A stretch of 64,000 bases of DNA, taken from Halodesulfurarchaeum sp. Its GTDB lineage: Archaea; Halobacteriota; Halobacteria; Halobacteriales; Halobacteriaceae. Shown piece by piece: positions 48,658 to 59,079 of the stretch. Within the stretch, counting starts at the first letter, position 1, and the number at the start of each line of letters is the position of its first letter. The DNA is taken from assembly GCA_034520565.1 (NCBI GenBank), contig JAXHNL010000002.1:1600001-1664000 (forward strand). The letters are read 5' to 3'. The position numbers and the translations under genes are program-made. The notes below the pieces were generated by a model that saw only the letters and a program-made list of their open reading frames with translations, had not been told where the DNA came from and searched no databases.

Positions 48658-49119
48658 TCATTGGTAATCCACCTCGCCGTCACCCTCGCCGACCCACGCT
48701 TCACGGTCGGATTCGCGTGCTTGCACCGGATCCATCTCTTTGTACCACGGCACGTTTTTCAGCTGTTCCTTGTTGAACGCCAGATCGTGTTTCGTATCGC
48801 CCGTGAACTCGAAGTTCTCGGTGAGAAGGATCGCCTCGGTGGGACAGACTTCCTCACAGAGCCGGCAGTAGATGCACTGTCCGACGTGGAGGTTGTACTG
48901 TTCCCCGTTGCGGTCCTCGTCCATCACGATCTGGATCGTGTCGTTCGGGCACACCGTTTCGCACTGGCGACACCAGATACACCGCTCCTGGCTCCACTTG
49001 TGGACGCCCCTGAACCGGGGGCTAACTTCTGGAGCCTGGTCGGGATACTCGACGGTGAACGTCTCGCCGTCGAGTGCGTGCTTCATCGTCGTCGCGAGGG
49101 ATTTGAGTACGCCTATCAT
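48658..49119 (-). CDS. nuoI: Complex I-like subunit I (2x[4Fe-4S])
   Basis: CIWCRQCETVCP and CIYCRLCEEVCP; ATG at 49119. Confidence 0.95.
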   Translation of the reverse strand: MIGVLKSLATTMKHALDGETFTVEYPDQAPEVSPRFRGVHKWSQERCIWCRQCETVCPNDTIQIVMDEDRNGEQYNLHVGQCIYCRLCEEVCPTEAILLTENFEFTGDTKHDLAFNKEQLKNVPWYKEMDPVQARESDREAWVGEGDGEVDYQ

Positions 49120-50180
49120 GCGATCACCCCGATGATAACAGCCGTCAGAAGCAAGTTCACGAAGGAAAGACCCAGCATCCCTTTCCAGCCGATATCGAGC
49201 AGCTGGTCGGGCCGGACCCGTGGAACGCCGGAGCGGGCCCACTGGGTGAAGAAGAACACACCCCAGACTTTCGCGACGAACCACACCACGCCGGGGATGA
49301 AATCAAGCGCCGAGATCGGGGCGGTCGGGCCGCCCAGGAACAGGGTCGTGATGATGGCCCCGCCCAGGAAGATGTGGAGGAACTCTCCGAGGTAGAACAG
49401 CACGAAATACACCGAGGAATACTCGGTCTGATACCCGGCGACGAGGTCGTTCGGCGCCTCCGGCAGGTCGAAGGGATTCCGGCCGATCTCCGCCATGTTC
49501 GCGACCATGAAGAGTGCGAACGCGAACGGGTTCACGAACCCGAACCATGCGGGCACGGCCAGACCGCCGATCGAGAAGAGTTCTGCTGACTGGACCGCGA
49601 CGATGTCGGAGATGCGAAGCGAGCCCGCGAACAACACCACGGAGGCACCCGTCAACACGAGCGGAATCTCGTAGGCGATGTTCTGGGAAACTCCACGCAA
49701 TCCGCCGAGCATCGAGTACTTGTTGTTCGAGGCATAGGCCCCGGAAACGATCCCGAGGGATGCGATCGAAGAGACCGCAAAGAGGTAGACGAAGCCGACT
49801 TGCGGGTCGGCCAGGTGGATGCCGCTCCCGAACGGAATCACGGCAAAGCCCATCGTCGCCGAAACGACGACCAGCATCGGTCCGAGGTCCCACGCCGGCC
49901 GATCGACGTTCTCCGGAACGATGCGCTCCTTGGTCAACAGCCGGATCGCGTCGACGGCGATCGTGAGAATGCCGTAGGGACCGACCCGATCGACTGCGAT
50001 CCGGTCAGTGAACGCGGCGGTCAGTTTCCGCTTCATGTACGGACCGGCCAGCGCCGCGAACAGCAGGACGATCACCGCGACGAGGAGCGATCCCAGCAGA
50101 CCGCCGACGATCTCGCCGAGCAGGCCTTCGAGGTTGAGGAATCCCGAGATCCCGTCAACCATCGGTGCTGCAGAGGACAT
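49116..50180 (-). CDS. nuoH: Complex I-like subunit H
   Basis: SNNKYSMLGGLR, IAYE, RNPFDLPEA and PRVRPDQL. Confidence 0.95.
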   Translation of the reverse strand: MSSAAPMVDGISGFLNLEGLLGEIVGGLLGSLLVAVIVLLFAALAGPYMKRKLTAAFTDRIAVDRVGPYGILTIAVDAIRLLTKERIVPENVDRPAWDLGPMLVVVSATMGFAVIPFGSGIHLADPQVGFVYLFAVSSIASLGIVSGAYASNNKYSMLGGLRGVSQNIAYEIPLVLTGASVVLFAGSLRISDIVAVQSAELFSIGGLAVPAWFGFVNPFAFALFMVANMAEIGRNPFDLPEAPNDLVAGYQTEYSSVYFVLFYLGEFLHIFLGGAIITTLFLGGPTAPISALDFIPGVVWFVAKVWGVFFFTQWARSGVPRVRPDQLLDIGWKGMLGLSFVNLLLTAVIIGVIA

Positions 50181-51877
50181 TACCGGTCCACCTCCGCGAG
50201 CACGATGTCGAGGCTTCCGATGGTTGCCACGAGGTCACTGATGAGTTCGCCCTCGGACATCTCGTGGAGCGAGGAGAGGTTGACGAAACTCGGCCCGCGG
50301 ATCTTGAAGCGGGCGGGTTTGTCCGTCCCGTCCGTGCGGATGTAGATGCCGAGTTCGCCCTTGGCCCCTTCGACGGCGCGGTAGATCTCCTGTCCGGCGT
50401 CGGGTTTGAGGCTGCGGGGAACGTTCGACTGGATCTCCCGGTCGTCCTCTGGCCAGTCCTCGAGGAGGTCCACGCACTGCTCGATGATCTTCGCGGACTC
50501 CTCCACTTCCCGCATGCGGACCATCAGTCGGGCGTAGTTGTCCCCACCCTCGCGGGTGATCACGTCCCAGTCGAGTTCGTCGTAGTACCCGTACGGATCG
50601 TCCCGGCGAAGGTCGTAATCGACCCCGGAAGCGCGCGCAACTGGACCCGTCGCGCCGTAATCCTTGGCGACTTCTGGGGCGAGGTAGCCGGTGTCGACCG
50701 TCCGCATCTGGAAGAGTTCGTTCTGCGTGAGGACGTTGTGATACTCGTCGGTCTTCTCCGGGACGGACTCGAGGAACTGCCGGATCTTCTCGAGGAACTC
50801 CTCCCGCGGCTCCGGCAGGTCCCAGACGACCCCGCCGAGTCGGAGGTAGTTGTACATCATCCGCTGCCCCGAGAGGTCCTCGAGGATATCCATCACGATG
50901 TCACGATCCCGCATCGCGTACATGAACACGGCCGCGAAGTCACCGACGATGTCGAGCCCGAAGGTCGCCACCGCGAGCAGGTGGGCCGAGATGCGGTTGA
51001 GTTCCGCGACCATCGTCCGGATGACCTGTGCGTACTCCGGGACCTCGATATCCGCGAGGTCCTCGGCCGCGCGCGCGTACGCCCACTCGTTGATTATCCC
51101 GGCCGGCGTGTAGTCCCAACGGTCCGGGTAGGGCATGATCTGGTGGCGGAACGTGCTCTTCTCGCACATCTGCTCCTGACACCGGTGCAGATATCCGATG
51201 TCCGGATCGACGTCGGCGACTTGCTCGCCGTCGAGGACGGTCTTCAGGTGGAGGACCCCGTGGGTCGCCGGGTGGTGGGGACCGATGTTGAGGAACATGG
51301 TGTCGAGTTCGTCCTCGATTCCCTCGGCCCGCATGTCCTCCTCGATGGGGTTCTTGTGCTTCTCGAGCGTGACGATCTGTGGCTTGTCCTGGTCGTAGTC
51401 CTTGCTCAACGGGTGGCCCGTCCAGCTCTGTGGCAGGAGGATCCGACGCAGGTCGGGATGGTTCTCGTAGTTGATCCCGACCAGATCGTAGGCTTCCCGC
51501 TCGTGCCAGTTCGCCGTCGAAAACACGTCTGTCGCGCTTTGGTGACTCGGATCGTTTCGCGGCGTCGGAACCACGACGCTCACTTCCGCTTGCGCGTCGT
51601 CGAACTTCCGGAGATGATAGATGGACTCGTAGCGGTCCTCGTAGTCCTGTGCAGTCACGTTCGCCAGGTGATCGAAGCCCTGGTCTTTCAGCGTCGATAA
51701 CGCGTCCGTGACCGCGTCGCCACGGACGACGAATGCCTCCGCGTTGAGGTGGCTTTCGCGATCGACGACGCTGTCACCGAGCAGTTCTTCGAGCGCGTCG
51801 TAGTCGACGGCACCCGCCTCCGCGGTTTCCGCCTCGGGTTCGGTCTCGTCGGCTTCGGGTTCGTCCTGCATGCTCAT
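50180..51877 (-). CDS. nuoCD: Complex I-like fused subunit CD
   Basis: WHEREAYDL and HPDLRRIL (C); NIGPHHPATHGVL, GYLHR and EGAKGELG (D). Confidence 0.95.
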   Translation of the reverse strand: MSMQDEPEADETEPEAETAEAGAVDYDALEELLGDSVVDRESHLNAEAFVVRGDAVTDALSTLKDQGFDHLANVTAQDYEDRYESIYHLRKFDDAQAEVSVVVPTPRNDPSHQSATDVFSTANWHEREAYDLVGINYENHPDLRRILLPQSWTGHPLSKDYDQDKPQIVTLEKHKNPIEEDMRAEGIEDELDTMFLNIGPHHPATHGVLHLKTVLDGEQVADVDPDIGYLHRCQEQMCEKSTFRHQIMPYPDRWDYTPAGIINEWAYARAAEDLADIEVPEYAQVIRTMVAELNRISAHLLAVATFGLDIVGDFAAVFMYAMRDRDIVMDILEDLSGQRMMYNYLRLGGVVWDLPEPREEFLEKIRQFLESVPEKTDEYHNVLTQNELFQMRTVDTGYLAPEVAKDYGATGPVARASGVDYDLRRDDPYGYYDELDWDVITREGGDNYARLMVRMREVEESAKIIEQCVDLLEDWPEDDREIQSNVPRSLKPDAGQEIYRAVEGAKGELGIYIRTDGTDKPARFKIRGPSFVNLSSLHEMSEGELISDLVATIGSLDIVLAEVDR

Positions 51878-52581
51878 GGCGAATCAGCCCAGTTGTACCG
51901 CATGACGAGTGTTTCCTCGTCGATCTCCTTGGCGAGTGACTCCACGACCTCGTCGCGTTCGAGATCGCCGAACTCCTCCAGTTCGTAGGGTTTCACCGTC
52001 ACCGGCGAGGATTCGCCGTTGGCGATCCGCTCCTGGAGTTTCACGATGCCGTACACCAGTGCCTCGGGTCGGGGCGGACACCCGGGAACGTGAATGTCCA
52101 CCGGGATGACCTCTTCGGCCCCTTTCACGACGTTGTACCCCTCCTGGAACGGGCCACCGGAGGCCGAACAGTTGCCCATGTTCACGACGAACTTCGGCTC
52201 GGGCATCTGATCGTAGACCCGCTTCATCCGCGGGGCGAACTTCGAGACGATCGTCCCCGGGACGATCATCACGTCGGCCTGCCGTGGTGAGGCCCGTGGA
52301 ACGCCCGAGTGGAAGCGGTCGAGGTCGTGTTTGACCGAGTAACTGTGCATCATCTCGATGCTGCAGCAGGCGATTCCGAACTGCAGCATGAACATCGAGG
52401 ACCCCCGAGCCCAGTTCATGAACTTATCGAGCTTCGTGAGGATGAACGGGGTCGATCCGAGTGCCTCCCGAAGCCTGGAGTTGAACCGGTCGTCGACGCC
52501 CTCGCCGATCCGGGAATCCTGCGTATCCGTCGACGCGGGCGTCGGTTCGAGGATGTCCTCGCGGGGTTTGTCACTACTCAT
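51874..52581 (-). CDS. nuoB: Complex I-like subunit B
   Basis: [16 protein letters not shown] and PGCPPRPEA; ATG at 52581. Confidence 0.95.
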   Translation of the reverse strand: MSSDKPREDILEPTPASTDTQDSRIGEGVDDRFNSRLREALGSTPFILTKLDKFMNWARGSSMFMLQFGIACCSIEMMHSYSVKHDLDRFHSGVPRASPRQADVMIVPGTIVSKFAPRMKRVYDQMPEPKFVVNMGNCSASGGPFQEGYNVVKGAEEVIPVDIHVPGCPPRPEALVYGIVKLQERIANGESSPVTVKPYELEEFGDLERDEVVESLAKEIDEETLVMRYNWADSP

Positions 52582-52981
52582 GTCTCGACATCCTCCGTTC
52601 GTATTTCGGGTTTCGCACCCAGCCGAGTGCGCCGTTGCGCCAGGCCCAGGCCAGGGCAACTATCAGGATGCCGATGAACAGGACCATCGGCCCGAGTGCC
52701 CACAGCAGACCCTCCGTGACGACGATATCCCGGTAGATGGAAGCCCACGGGAATATCAACACGGTCTCGATGTCGAAGACGAGGAACAACAGCGCGACCA
52801 TGTAGTACTGGATGTTGAACCGAACGTGAGTGTTGCCGGTCGGTACTTCCCCACTTTCGTAGGTCGTCCGTTTGCTTTGTTCCGGCACGCTGGGGCGGAG
52901 CAGCATCGATATGCCCATCATTGCCGCGATGATGAGTATCGCGACAACCGCCAACATGCCGACAGCGATCCATGGGTTCAT
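52574..52981 (-). CDS. nuoA: Complex I-like subunit A
   Basis: YESGE and YYMVALLFLVFDIETVLIFPW; ATG at 52981. Confidence 0.93.
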   Translation of the reverse strand: MNPWIAVGMLAVVAILIIAAMMGISMLLRPSVPEQSKRTTYESGEVPTGNTHVRFNIQYYMVALLFLVFDIETVLIFPWASIYRDIVVTEGLLWALGPMVLFIGILIVALAWAWRNGALGWVRNPKYERRMSRHE

Positions 52982-53406
52982 AAGTTGATTCGTAACACTC
53001 GGGGCTTCGATTTGCCCCACCATAAACGTTGATTCTTGCGATAGTTCCCTTGAGACCCGTATTTGTAGGTGAATCAGTGATTGTCATGCGCCGATGATTC
53101 ACACACAAGCGAGCCGTGGTACCGATACACTTGGACAGTCAAAATTCGGTCGACGGTGCATCCAACGAACCAGTCCAAACGGAACGAATTCATTCATGGC
53201 AGCGAGAACAACCACCTAACGGGCCGGTTACGGCGTTCATCCCGTCGATTACTCGATTTTTCGATATGGCGGGATGTGCCGGATGTGGTATGTAAGTTGG
53301 TACCAGGATGTACGACTCGAAAATCGTCCGCGCCCAACCATCACACGTTCTCGCGTGTCCCGAGAAAAACCACCAAGGCCTTTGTACTCGAATGGATAGA
53401 TACCCT

Positions 53407-55212
53407 ATGGATATGAAGTCGTTCGGTCTCGATGGGGTGGCAGATTTCTTCAGTTCTGATCCGGACGTGACCTTCTTCCATCCGCCAAGTATCTACGATT
53501 TCAGGGACAGAACGGAGGTAATCGGGCCGATCAGTGACGTCATTCCCTCTTCGCCGGTCTTCGAGATGTACCCGATCGGCCTGACGTCCATCGCGGATAC
53601 ACTCGAACGAAACGGATACAACGCCCAGATCGTGAACCTCGCCCACCAGATGCTGGTGGACCCGGAGTTCGACGCCGAGGCCGAAATCGAGGGATCGGCT
53701 GCCTGGGCGTTCGGGGTCGACCTGCACTGGTTACCCCACGCCCACGGCGCGATCGAGATCGCCCGGCTTATCAAGAAGCATCATCCCGAGGCACCGGTCA
53801 TCTTCGGCGGTCTCAGTTCGACGTACTTCCACGAGGAACTGATCGAATACGACGCCGTGGATTACGTCGTCCGCGGCGATTCGACCGAAAAACCCGTCGC
53901 AGAACTGATCGAGGCCCTCGAAACGGACGGCGACGTCTCCGCCGTTCCCAACCTGACGTATCAAGACGCTGGCGAAACGGTCGTCAACGCACTTACCTAT
54001 CTCCCGGACGCGTTGGACGAATCGTCCATCCCCGCCTACACCTACGCCGTCAAGTCGGTGTTCAAGTACGGAAGCATCCAGAAGGTTATTCCACACCGTG
54101 GGTGGCTGGACAAGCCGATCACGATGCTCTTGACCTCGCGGGGTTGCCGACACGCGTGTTCGTTCTGCGGCGGGAGCGATTCCTATGCCGACGTGCACGG
54201 TCGCACAGCGCCCGCCTTCCGCTCCCCGGAAAAGTTGATCGAGGACATCAGATCGATTCGGTCCTTCTCTGAGGGACCGATTTTCGTCGTCCACGACCTC
54301 CGCCAGGGCGGATGGGATTACGCGCGGGAATTCTTCGACCGATTGGCGGCGGAGAACGTGCCAAACGAATTCATCTTCGAGCTCTTCGGCCCGGCAAACG
54401 AGGAGTACTTCGAAATGATCGACGAGGCCGTCTCGAAGTACAACCTCGAGCTGAGTCCGGAATCCCACAACCCCGAGGTTCGAAAGGAAATGGGCAAATT
54501 CGCGGTCTCGAACGAGGCCATCGAGAACACGATCCGGGCCGCGCTGGCCAACGGGTGTCAGAACATCGACCTCTTCTACATGGTCGGGCTTCCCGGCCAG
54601 ACCTACGAGGACGCCGTCGGCTGTGTGGACTACGCCAGACATCTCCTCGAAGACATCGACGACGAGCGGATCATCCCGTTCGTCGCCCCGTACGCGCCCT
54701 TCCTCGATCCGGGAAGTCCAGCCTTCGAAAACCCGGAGGCATACGGGTTCACGCTCTTCGCCGAGAACCTCGAAGACCACCGGCAGCTCCTCCTCGAGCC
54801 GAGCTGGAAGCGAATGTTGAGTTACGAGACCGAACACCTCTCCCGGGACGACATCGCCGAAGCGACGTACGAGGCGGCGCGGGGCATGAGCGAGTTGAAA
54901 TACGATCACGGACTGCTCGAAAAAGAGACCTATCACACGATGATCGAGCGGCTCGATACGTCCCAGGAACTCCTCGATCGGGTCGACGAGGTCTACGAAT
55001 CCACGACCGAGACCGAACGGGAGTCTGCACTCGAATCGCTTTTCGAGGAGTACAGCGCCTTCGACGATTTCGGGGAGAACAGCATCGCCGGTGCGGACGA
55101 ACTCTGGTGGCCGAGCGAGGGATTCCGTGGCGGTCTCGCGTTGGCCCGACTCGGTGCAAAACTCCTGTTCGAAGACGTCAAACAGCGCTATACGACGCGA
55201 CGCTCGGTCTGA
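53407..55212 (+). CDS. Cobalamin-binding domain radical SAM protein (TIGR04190/Ta0216-like)
   Basis: N-terminal B12-binding region (EMYPIG, DLHWLPHAHG, IFGGLS, VVRGD), CxxxCxxC (RGCRHACSFCGG), SPESH, MVGLPGQ and FLDPGS. Start at 53407 or 53413; family assignment from memory. Confidence 0.85.
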   Translation: MDMKSFGLDGVADFFSSDPDVTFFHPPSIYDFRDRTEVIGPISDVIPSSPVFEMYPIGLTSIADTLERNGYNAQIVNLAHQMLVDPEFDAEAEIEGSAAWAFGVDLHWLPHAHGAIEIARLIKKHHPEAPVIFGGLSSTYFHEELIEYDAVDYVVRGDSTEKPVAELIEALETDGDVSAVPNLTYQDAGETVVNALTYLPDALDESSIPAYTYAVKSVFKYGSIQKVIPHRGWLDKPITMLLTSRGCRHACSFCGGSDSYADVHGRTAPAFRSPEKLIEDIRSIRSFSEGPIFVVHDLRQGGWDYAREFFDRLAAENVPNEFIFELFGPANEEYFEMIDEAVSKYNLELSPESHNPEVRKEMGKFAVSNEAIENTIRAALANGCQNIDLFYMVGLPGQTYEDAVGCVDYARHLLEDIDDERIIPFVAPYAPFLDPGSPAFENPEAYGFTLFAENLEDHRQLLLEPSWKRMLSYETEHLSRDDIAEATYEAARGMSELKYDHGLLEKETYHTMIERLDTSQELLDRVDEVYESTTETERESALESLFEEYSAFDDFGENSIAGADELWWPSEGFRGGLALARLGAKLLFEDVKQRYTTRRSV

Positions 55213-55255
55213 GAATCGATCCGGTCCGCCCCTTTCGGGGCCACCCGCTGCCAGT

Positions 55256-55867
55256 TCAGTTCGAATCCCGAAACGCTCGTGTTCCCTGCCTGTGCAGCGA
55301 GAGCGAGACCGATGCGACGTCCGCCGATCGCGTTTCGTGAAGTTCGACCAACCTGTCCCGAAGCGTGTCGTCAGTCCTCGCGAGAATCTGGACCGCGGAG
55401 AGCGCGGCATTGTACGATTTGCCCGCGTCGACGGCCGTGATTGGGGCTCCCGTTGGCATCCCGAGGACCGAATCGACCGACTTCTCCTGGACTGGAATCC
55501 CGATCACCGGGACGGGGTACGCGATCGACGCCGTCATGTTCGGCAGATCGGCGGATTTCCCGCCCGCACCGGCCAGGATCACGTCCAGTCCACGGGCCGC
55601 CGCCGTTTCCCCGTAGGCATACATGAGATCCGGCGTGCGGTGGGCCGAGACGACCCAGGACTCGTAGGTGTACTCGGCCTCGGGCGGTTCGTCGTAGTCG
55701 GTGAGTTCCGCGAACCCGAGATCGTCGAGTGCCTCCGAGGCCCCAGCCATGACGTCAAGGTCGGAGTCGCTGCCCATGATAATCCCGACGTCCGGCCCTG
55801 TCCCGTCTGGCCGGTCACGTGCTGCCTCCTGTTCGAATAGGTCGCGGAGTTCGGCGACGTCCGTCAT
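55256..55867 (-). CDS. purE: N5-carboxyaminoimidazole ribonucleotide mutase
   Basis: IIMGSDSD, SAHRTP, AGAGG and PVIGIP. Confidence 0.95.
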   Translation of the reverse strand: MTDVAELRDLFEQEAARDRPDGTGPDVGIIMGSDSDLDVMAGASEALDDLGFAELTDYDEPPEAEYTYESWVVSAHRTPDLMYAYGETAAARGLDVILAGAGGKSADLPNMTASIAYPVPVIGIPVQEKSVDSVLGMPTGAPITAVDAGKSYNAALSAVQILARTDDTLRDRLVELHETRSADVASVSLSLHRQGTRAFRDSN

Positions 55868-55870
55868 GGA

Positions 55871-57025
55871 TCAGTCATCCCCGCCCGCGAACGTGAGTGT
55901 TTCCCTCGCCGCTTCGGCCCGACGCCGGTTCGCTTCCAGATCGGGTCCCGTCACGGTGAGATGGCCGAGTTTGCGCAGTGGACGAACCTCCCGTTTGCCG
56001 TACCAGTGAAGATGGACGCCGTCCATGTCCAACACCGATTCGACGCCGGTAAGGGAGACCGGTCGCGATTCAGTTCCGTCTCCGAGCACGTTGGCCATGG
56101 CCGTCGGCTCCCGGAGTGCTGTCGAACCCAGTGAGAGGCCCAGCACAGCCCGAACGTGTTGCTCGAACTGCGACGTGACGGTCCCCTCGATCGTGTAATG
56201 CCCCGAGTTGTGGGGTCGCGGCGCGATTTCGTTGACCAGGATCGTTCCGGCGGCTGTCTCGAAGAGTTCGATGCCGAAAACCCCCCGTCCGTCGAGGGTC
56301 GAAAGCACCGACCGGGCGACCTCGGTTGCACGATCCAATCGATCCTGACCGGTGCGAGCCGGAACGAGCGTCTCCCGAAGGATCTCCGCCTCGTGGACGT
56401 TCTCACCGACTGGATACGTGCGTCGTTCATCGGCTCCCTGGACGCCGATGACGCTCAATTCGCGCTCGAAGTCGACGAGTTCCTCCGCGATTAGCCCGGA
56501 GAGCGAGCCGAAATACGCCGTCGCGTCGTCGACGGTTTCGACCACCGCGTTGCCCCGGCCATCGTAGCCACCTCGACGGGCCTTGAGCATCAGCGGCGAT
56601 CCCAATGCTTCGAAGGCCTCCCGCAGGTCCGCCTTGCTATCGACGCCATCGTACGCCGGGACCGGGATTCCTGCCGAGTCGAGAGTTTCCTTTTCCACCA
56701 ACTTGTCCCGCGTCATTCGAAGATCGTCCGGGGCCGGCTGAACGGGAGTCCCCGTCGCTTCGATGACCGATTCCAGCGTGTCAGGGTCGGCGAGTTCGAT
56801 TTCGAGTGTGAGGACATCGACCTGCTCGGCGAGGGATTTGACCGCCGCAACGTCGTCGAAGTCGGCGACGACCTGATCACGTGCCGGTGGAAACGCCGGA
56901 CAGTCCTGGGTCGGGTCGAGAACGACCGTCTCGACTCCAAACGGACTGGCGGCCTCGCCGAGCATGCGGCCGAGTTGTCCACCACCGACGACTCCGAGGG
57001 TGACCCCCGGTGGAACGTGTTTCAT
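55871..57025 (-). CDS. purK: N5-carboxyaminoimidazole ribonucleotide synthase
   Basis: GGGQLGRM, GYDGRG, NEIAPRPHNSGH, SQFEQH and RKLGH. Confidence 0.95.
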   Translation of the reverse strand: MKHVPPGVTLGVVGGGQLGRMLGEAASPFGVETVVLDPTQDCPAFPPARDQVVADFDDVAAVKSLAEQVDVLTLEIELADPDTLESVIEATGTPVQPAPDDLRMTRDKLVEKETLDSAGIPVPAYDGVDSKADLREAFEALGSPLMLKARRGGYDGRGNAVVETVDDATAYFGSLSGLIAEELVDFERELSVIGVQGADERRTYPVGENVHEAEILRETLVPARTGQDRLDRATEVARSVLSTLDGRGVFGIELFETAAGTILVNEIAPRPHNSGHYTIEGTVTSQFEQHVRAVLGLSLGSTALREPTAMANVLGDGTESRPVSLTGVESVLDMDGVHLHWYGKREVRPLRKLGHLTVTGPDLEANRRRAEAARETLTFAGGDD

Positions 57026-57082
57026 TTGCGGATCGCTTATGGACGGACATGAATAAACGTTCCCGAGCAGCGGCCGACTTGT

Positions 57083-58732
57083 TCACGTTCGTGGGGTAGT
57101 CGAGTTTTCGATGAAGAAGATCGTCTCGGTCCCGGACGCGGTTATCTCGTAGGTCCGGGCGTCGTATCCCTCGAGACGATCCGCGAGTTCGCTGTAGTGC
57201 TCGACGCGGGCGATCACGACCGGCGGATCGCCAGCGATACCCCCTGGCGTCGTGGCACTCGCGGTACTCGCGTGAGCCCGTTCGAGATACCAGGCCAGGG
57301 GGAGTCGATTGAGCCAGTTCGAACTCGCCGGCGGCTGGTCGGCGACGGACTCCTCCGGGACCGCGAAGTGATCGCCGTAGAAGACCACGTCGGTCCCCTC
57401 GTTCTCCCGGGCGATCGATTCGATTTCGGCGAGTGTCTCCTGCAGATGCCCCGCCGGCTGTCCGTACTGGACGAGCGGGTTGTCGTCGGACTGTGGCGAC
57501 TGGAACGAGGTCGCCGCGGCAGTGATCCCGACGTGCCCGATTACTGCGATGATTACGAGCGCGGCAATCGCAATCCCAATGCGGTCCTCGTGCTTCCATG
57601 CGAAATGGGCCCGGTCGAGGACGATTCCAAGGCCGACGGCAGCGGGGATCGAAAGCGGGACAAGCGCATGAACCAGCGACCATGGAGCCGATATGTCCGT
57701 AATAGCGGGATAGAGGAGAAACACCGTCGCTCCCCAGTAGAAGCTAAACGAGACGAGGTCTCTGGGCGAATCACCGGTGTAGCGGTCGGCGAGGAACCCG
57801 ACACCGGCAAATCCGACGAGGGGGAGGCTGACGAACGCCGTGGTTTCCAGCATGTCGGTCAAATACGCGACGTAGCTGTGCTCGTGACCGCCCTGGATCC
57901 AGATGTCGATCAGTTTGTGCGCACTGCCGATCGTGGCCGCCTGGAGGACGTCGGGAACGAGGGACGGATCGGTTATCGCCCGGTAGACGTCCGGTCTGGG
58001 TGCGTAAAGCACGACCACGATCGCGAGAAATTCGACCGTTCCCACCGATAACGGGCCTCGAAATGCCCGGAGCGCAGCGTACCCCCTCACGGCGATCGAA
58101 CGAGCCCTCCCCACCCAAGACTCGCCGACCTGGCGGGCAACAAAGAGCCGGTAATCGAGTAGCAGGGCGAGTGCACCGATCCAGACGCCCACGTAGACGA
58201 GCGCGATTTCCTTTGTTCCGAACGCAAGGCCCAGGGCGAGAACGGCACCGTAAAGATAGCGTTGCCGTCGGGTCTCGATCAATCGAACGGCAAAGCCAAG
58301 CACCAGAAGCGAGAACCCCGCAACGAGTACGTCGTTTCGCATGAACCGGGAGTAATAGAGCAAGACCGGATCGACGGCCAGCAGGATCCCCACGAGAACG
58401 ACTTCGAGGTCGTCCAGTCGCGAGCGGAAGAGCCAGGCCGTGAGGGGCAACAATCCACCCACGAGTGCGACGAACCAACTGGCAACCGCGTCACCGGCTC
58501 CGAAGATCCCGAACAGGAATTCGTTGACGTGGAAGAGCAAGGGCCCGTGCACGATTGCCCGGTACTCCCAGACGCCGGTTTCGAGATACCTGAGCGTCCA
58601 GTAGCCCACGCGGGCCTCGTCCCAGTGAAACACCCGCCAGCCGAGTGTGACGAATCGAAGAACCAACGCAAAAAGGGCGACCGCGCCGAGCGCCACGAGC
58701 ACGTGGCGGCGATCGAATCGACGGCGGGACAT
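57083..58732 (-). CDS. TIGR03663 / Agl23-like GT-C fold membrane protein
   Basis: FHWDEARVG, HGP, YYSRFMRND, TKE and RLPLAWY; multiple TM helices. Confidence 0.8.
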   Translation of the reverse strand: MSRRRFDRRHVLVALGAVALFALVLRFVTLGWRVFHWDEARVGYWTLRYLETGVWEYRAIVHGPLLFHVNEFLFGIFGAGDAVASWFVALVGGLLPLTAWLFRSRLDDLEVVLVGILLAVDPVLLYYSRFMRNDVLVAGFSLLVLGFAVRLIETRRQRYLYGAVLALGLAFGTKEIALVYVGVWIGALALLLDYRLFVARQVGESWVGRARSIAVRGYAALRAFRGPLSVGTVEFLAIVVVLYAPRPDVYRAITDPSLVPDVLQAATIGSAHKLIDIWIQGGHEHSYVAYLTDMLETTAFVSLPLVGFAGVGFLADRYTGDSPRDLVSFSFYWGATVFLLYPAITDISAPWSLVHALVPLSIPAAVGLGIVLDRAHFAWKHEDRIGIAIAALVIIAVIGHVGITAAATSFQSPQSDDNPLVQYGQPAGHLQETLAEIESIARENEGTDVVFYGDHFAVPEESVADQPPASSNWLNRLPLAWYLERAHASTASATTPGGIAGDPPVVIARVEHYSELADRLEGYDARTYEITASGTETIFFIENSTTPRT

Positions 58733-58854
58733 GGGCGGGCTTTCACCGCAGCAGATAAAAAATAAGCGGGTCGATCCTCACCGAGACTGGAACACCCTCC
58801 AGGGCCACGAAACCGCCGGTACACCTACAGGGATTCACCGTGTAGGCCTCGCCA

Positions 58855-59004
58855 ATGGGAACCACCATCGAGATCGACACCGAACTGTACGAACGGCTCA
58901 GCAGACACCTCGAGGAGGGCGAGACCGTCGAAGAGTTCATCGAGGAACTCCTCGCGATGTACGAGACGGAAGGGTCGTTCATGCAGGAGGGCTACTCCGA
59001 ATAA
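58855..59004 (+). CDS. 49-aa small acidic protein, ribbon-helix-helix-like (missed by the ORF track)
   Basis: Manual translation MGTTIEIDTELYERLSRHLEEGETVEEFIEELLAMYETEGSFMQEGYSE*; halophile codon usage and a strand-helix-helix pattern. Confidence 0.75.
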   Translation: MGTTIEIDTELYERLSRHLEEGETVEEFIEELLAMYETEGSFMQEGYSE

Positions 59005-59079
59005 CGCGATTGCACGCCGGATACCGGCACGCTGCCTAAAGGCGGTACCGTTTTGACCGCGGCGGACTGAGCCGTTTCC

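Noticed and set aside
42688-52981. Absence of nuoEFG
   Set aside because: A complex I-like cluster without the NADH-input module is the standard haloarchaeal arrangement.
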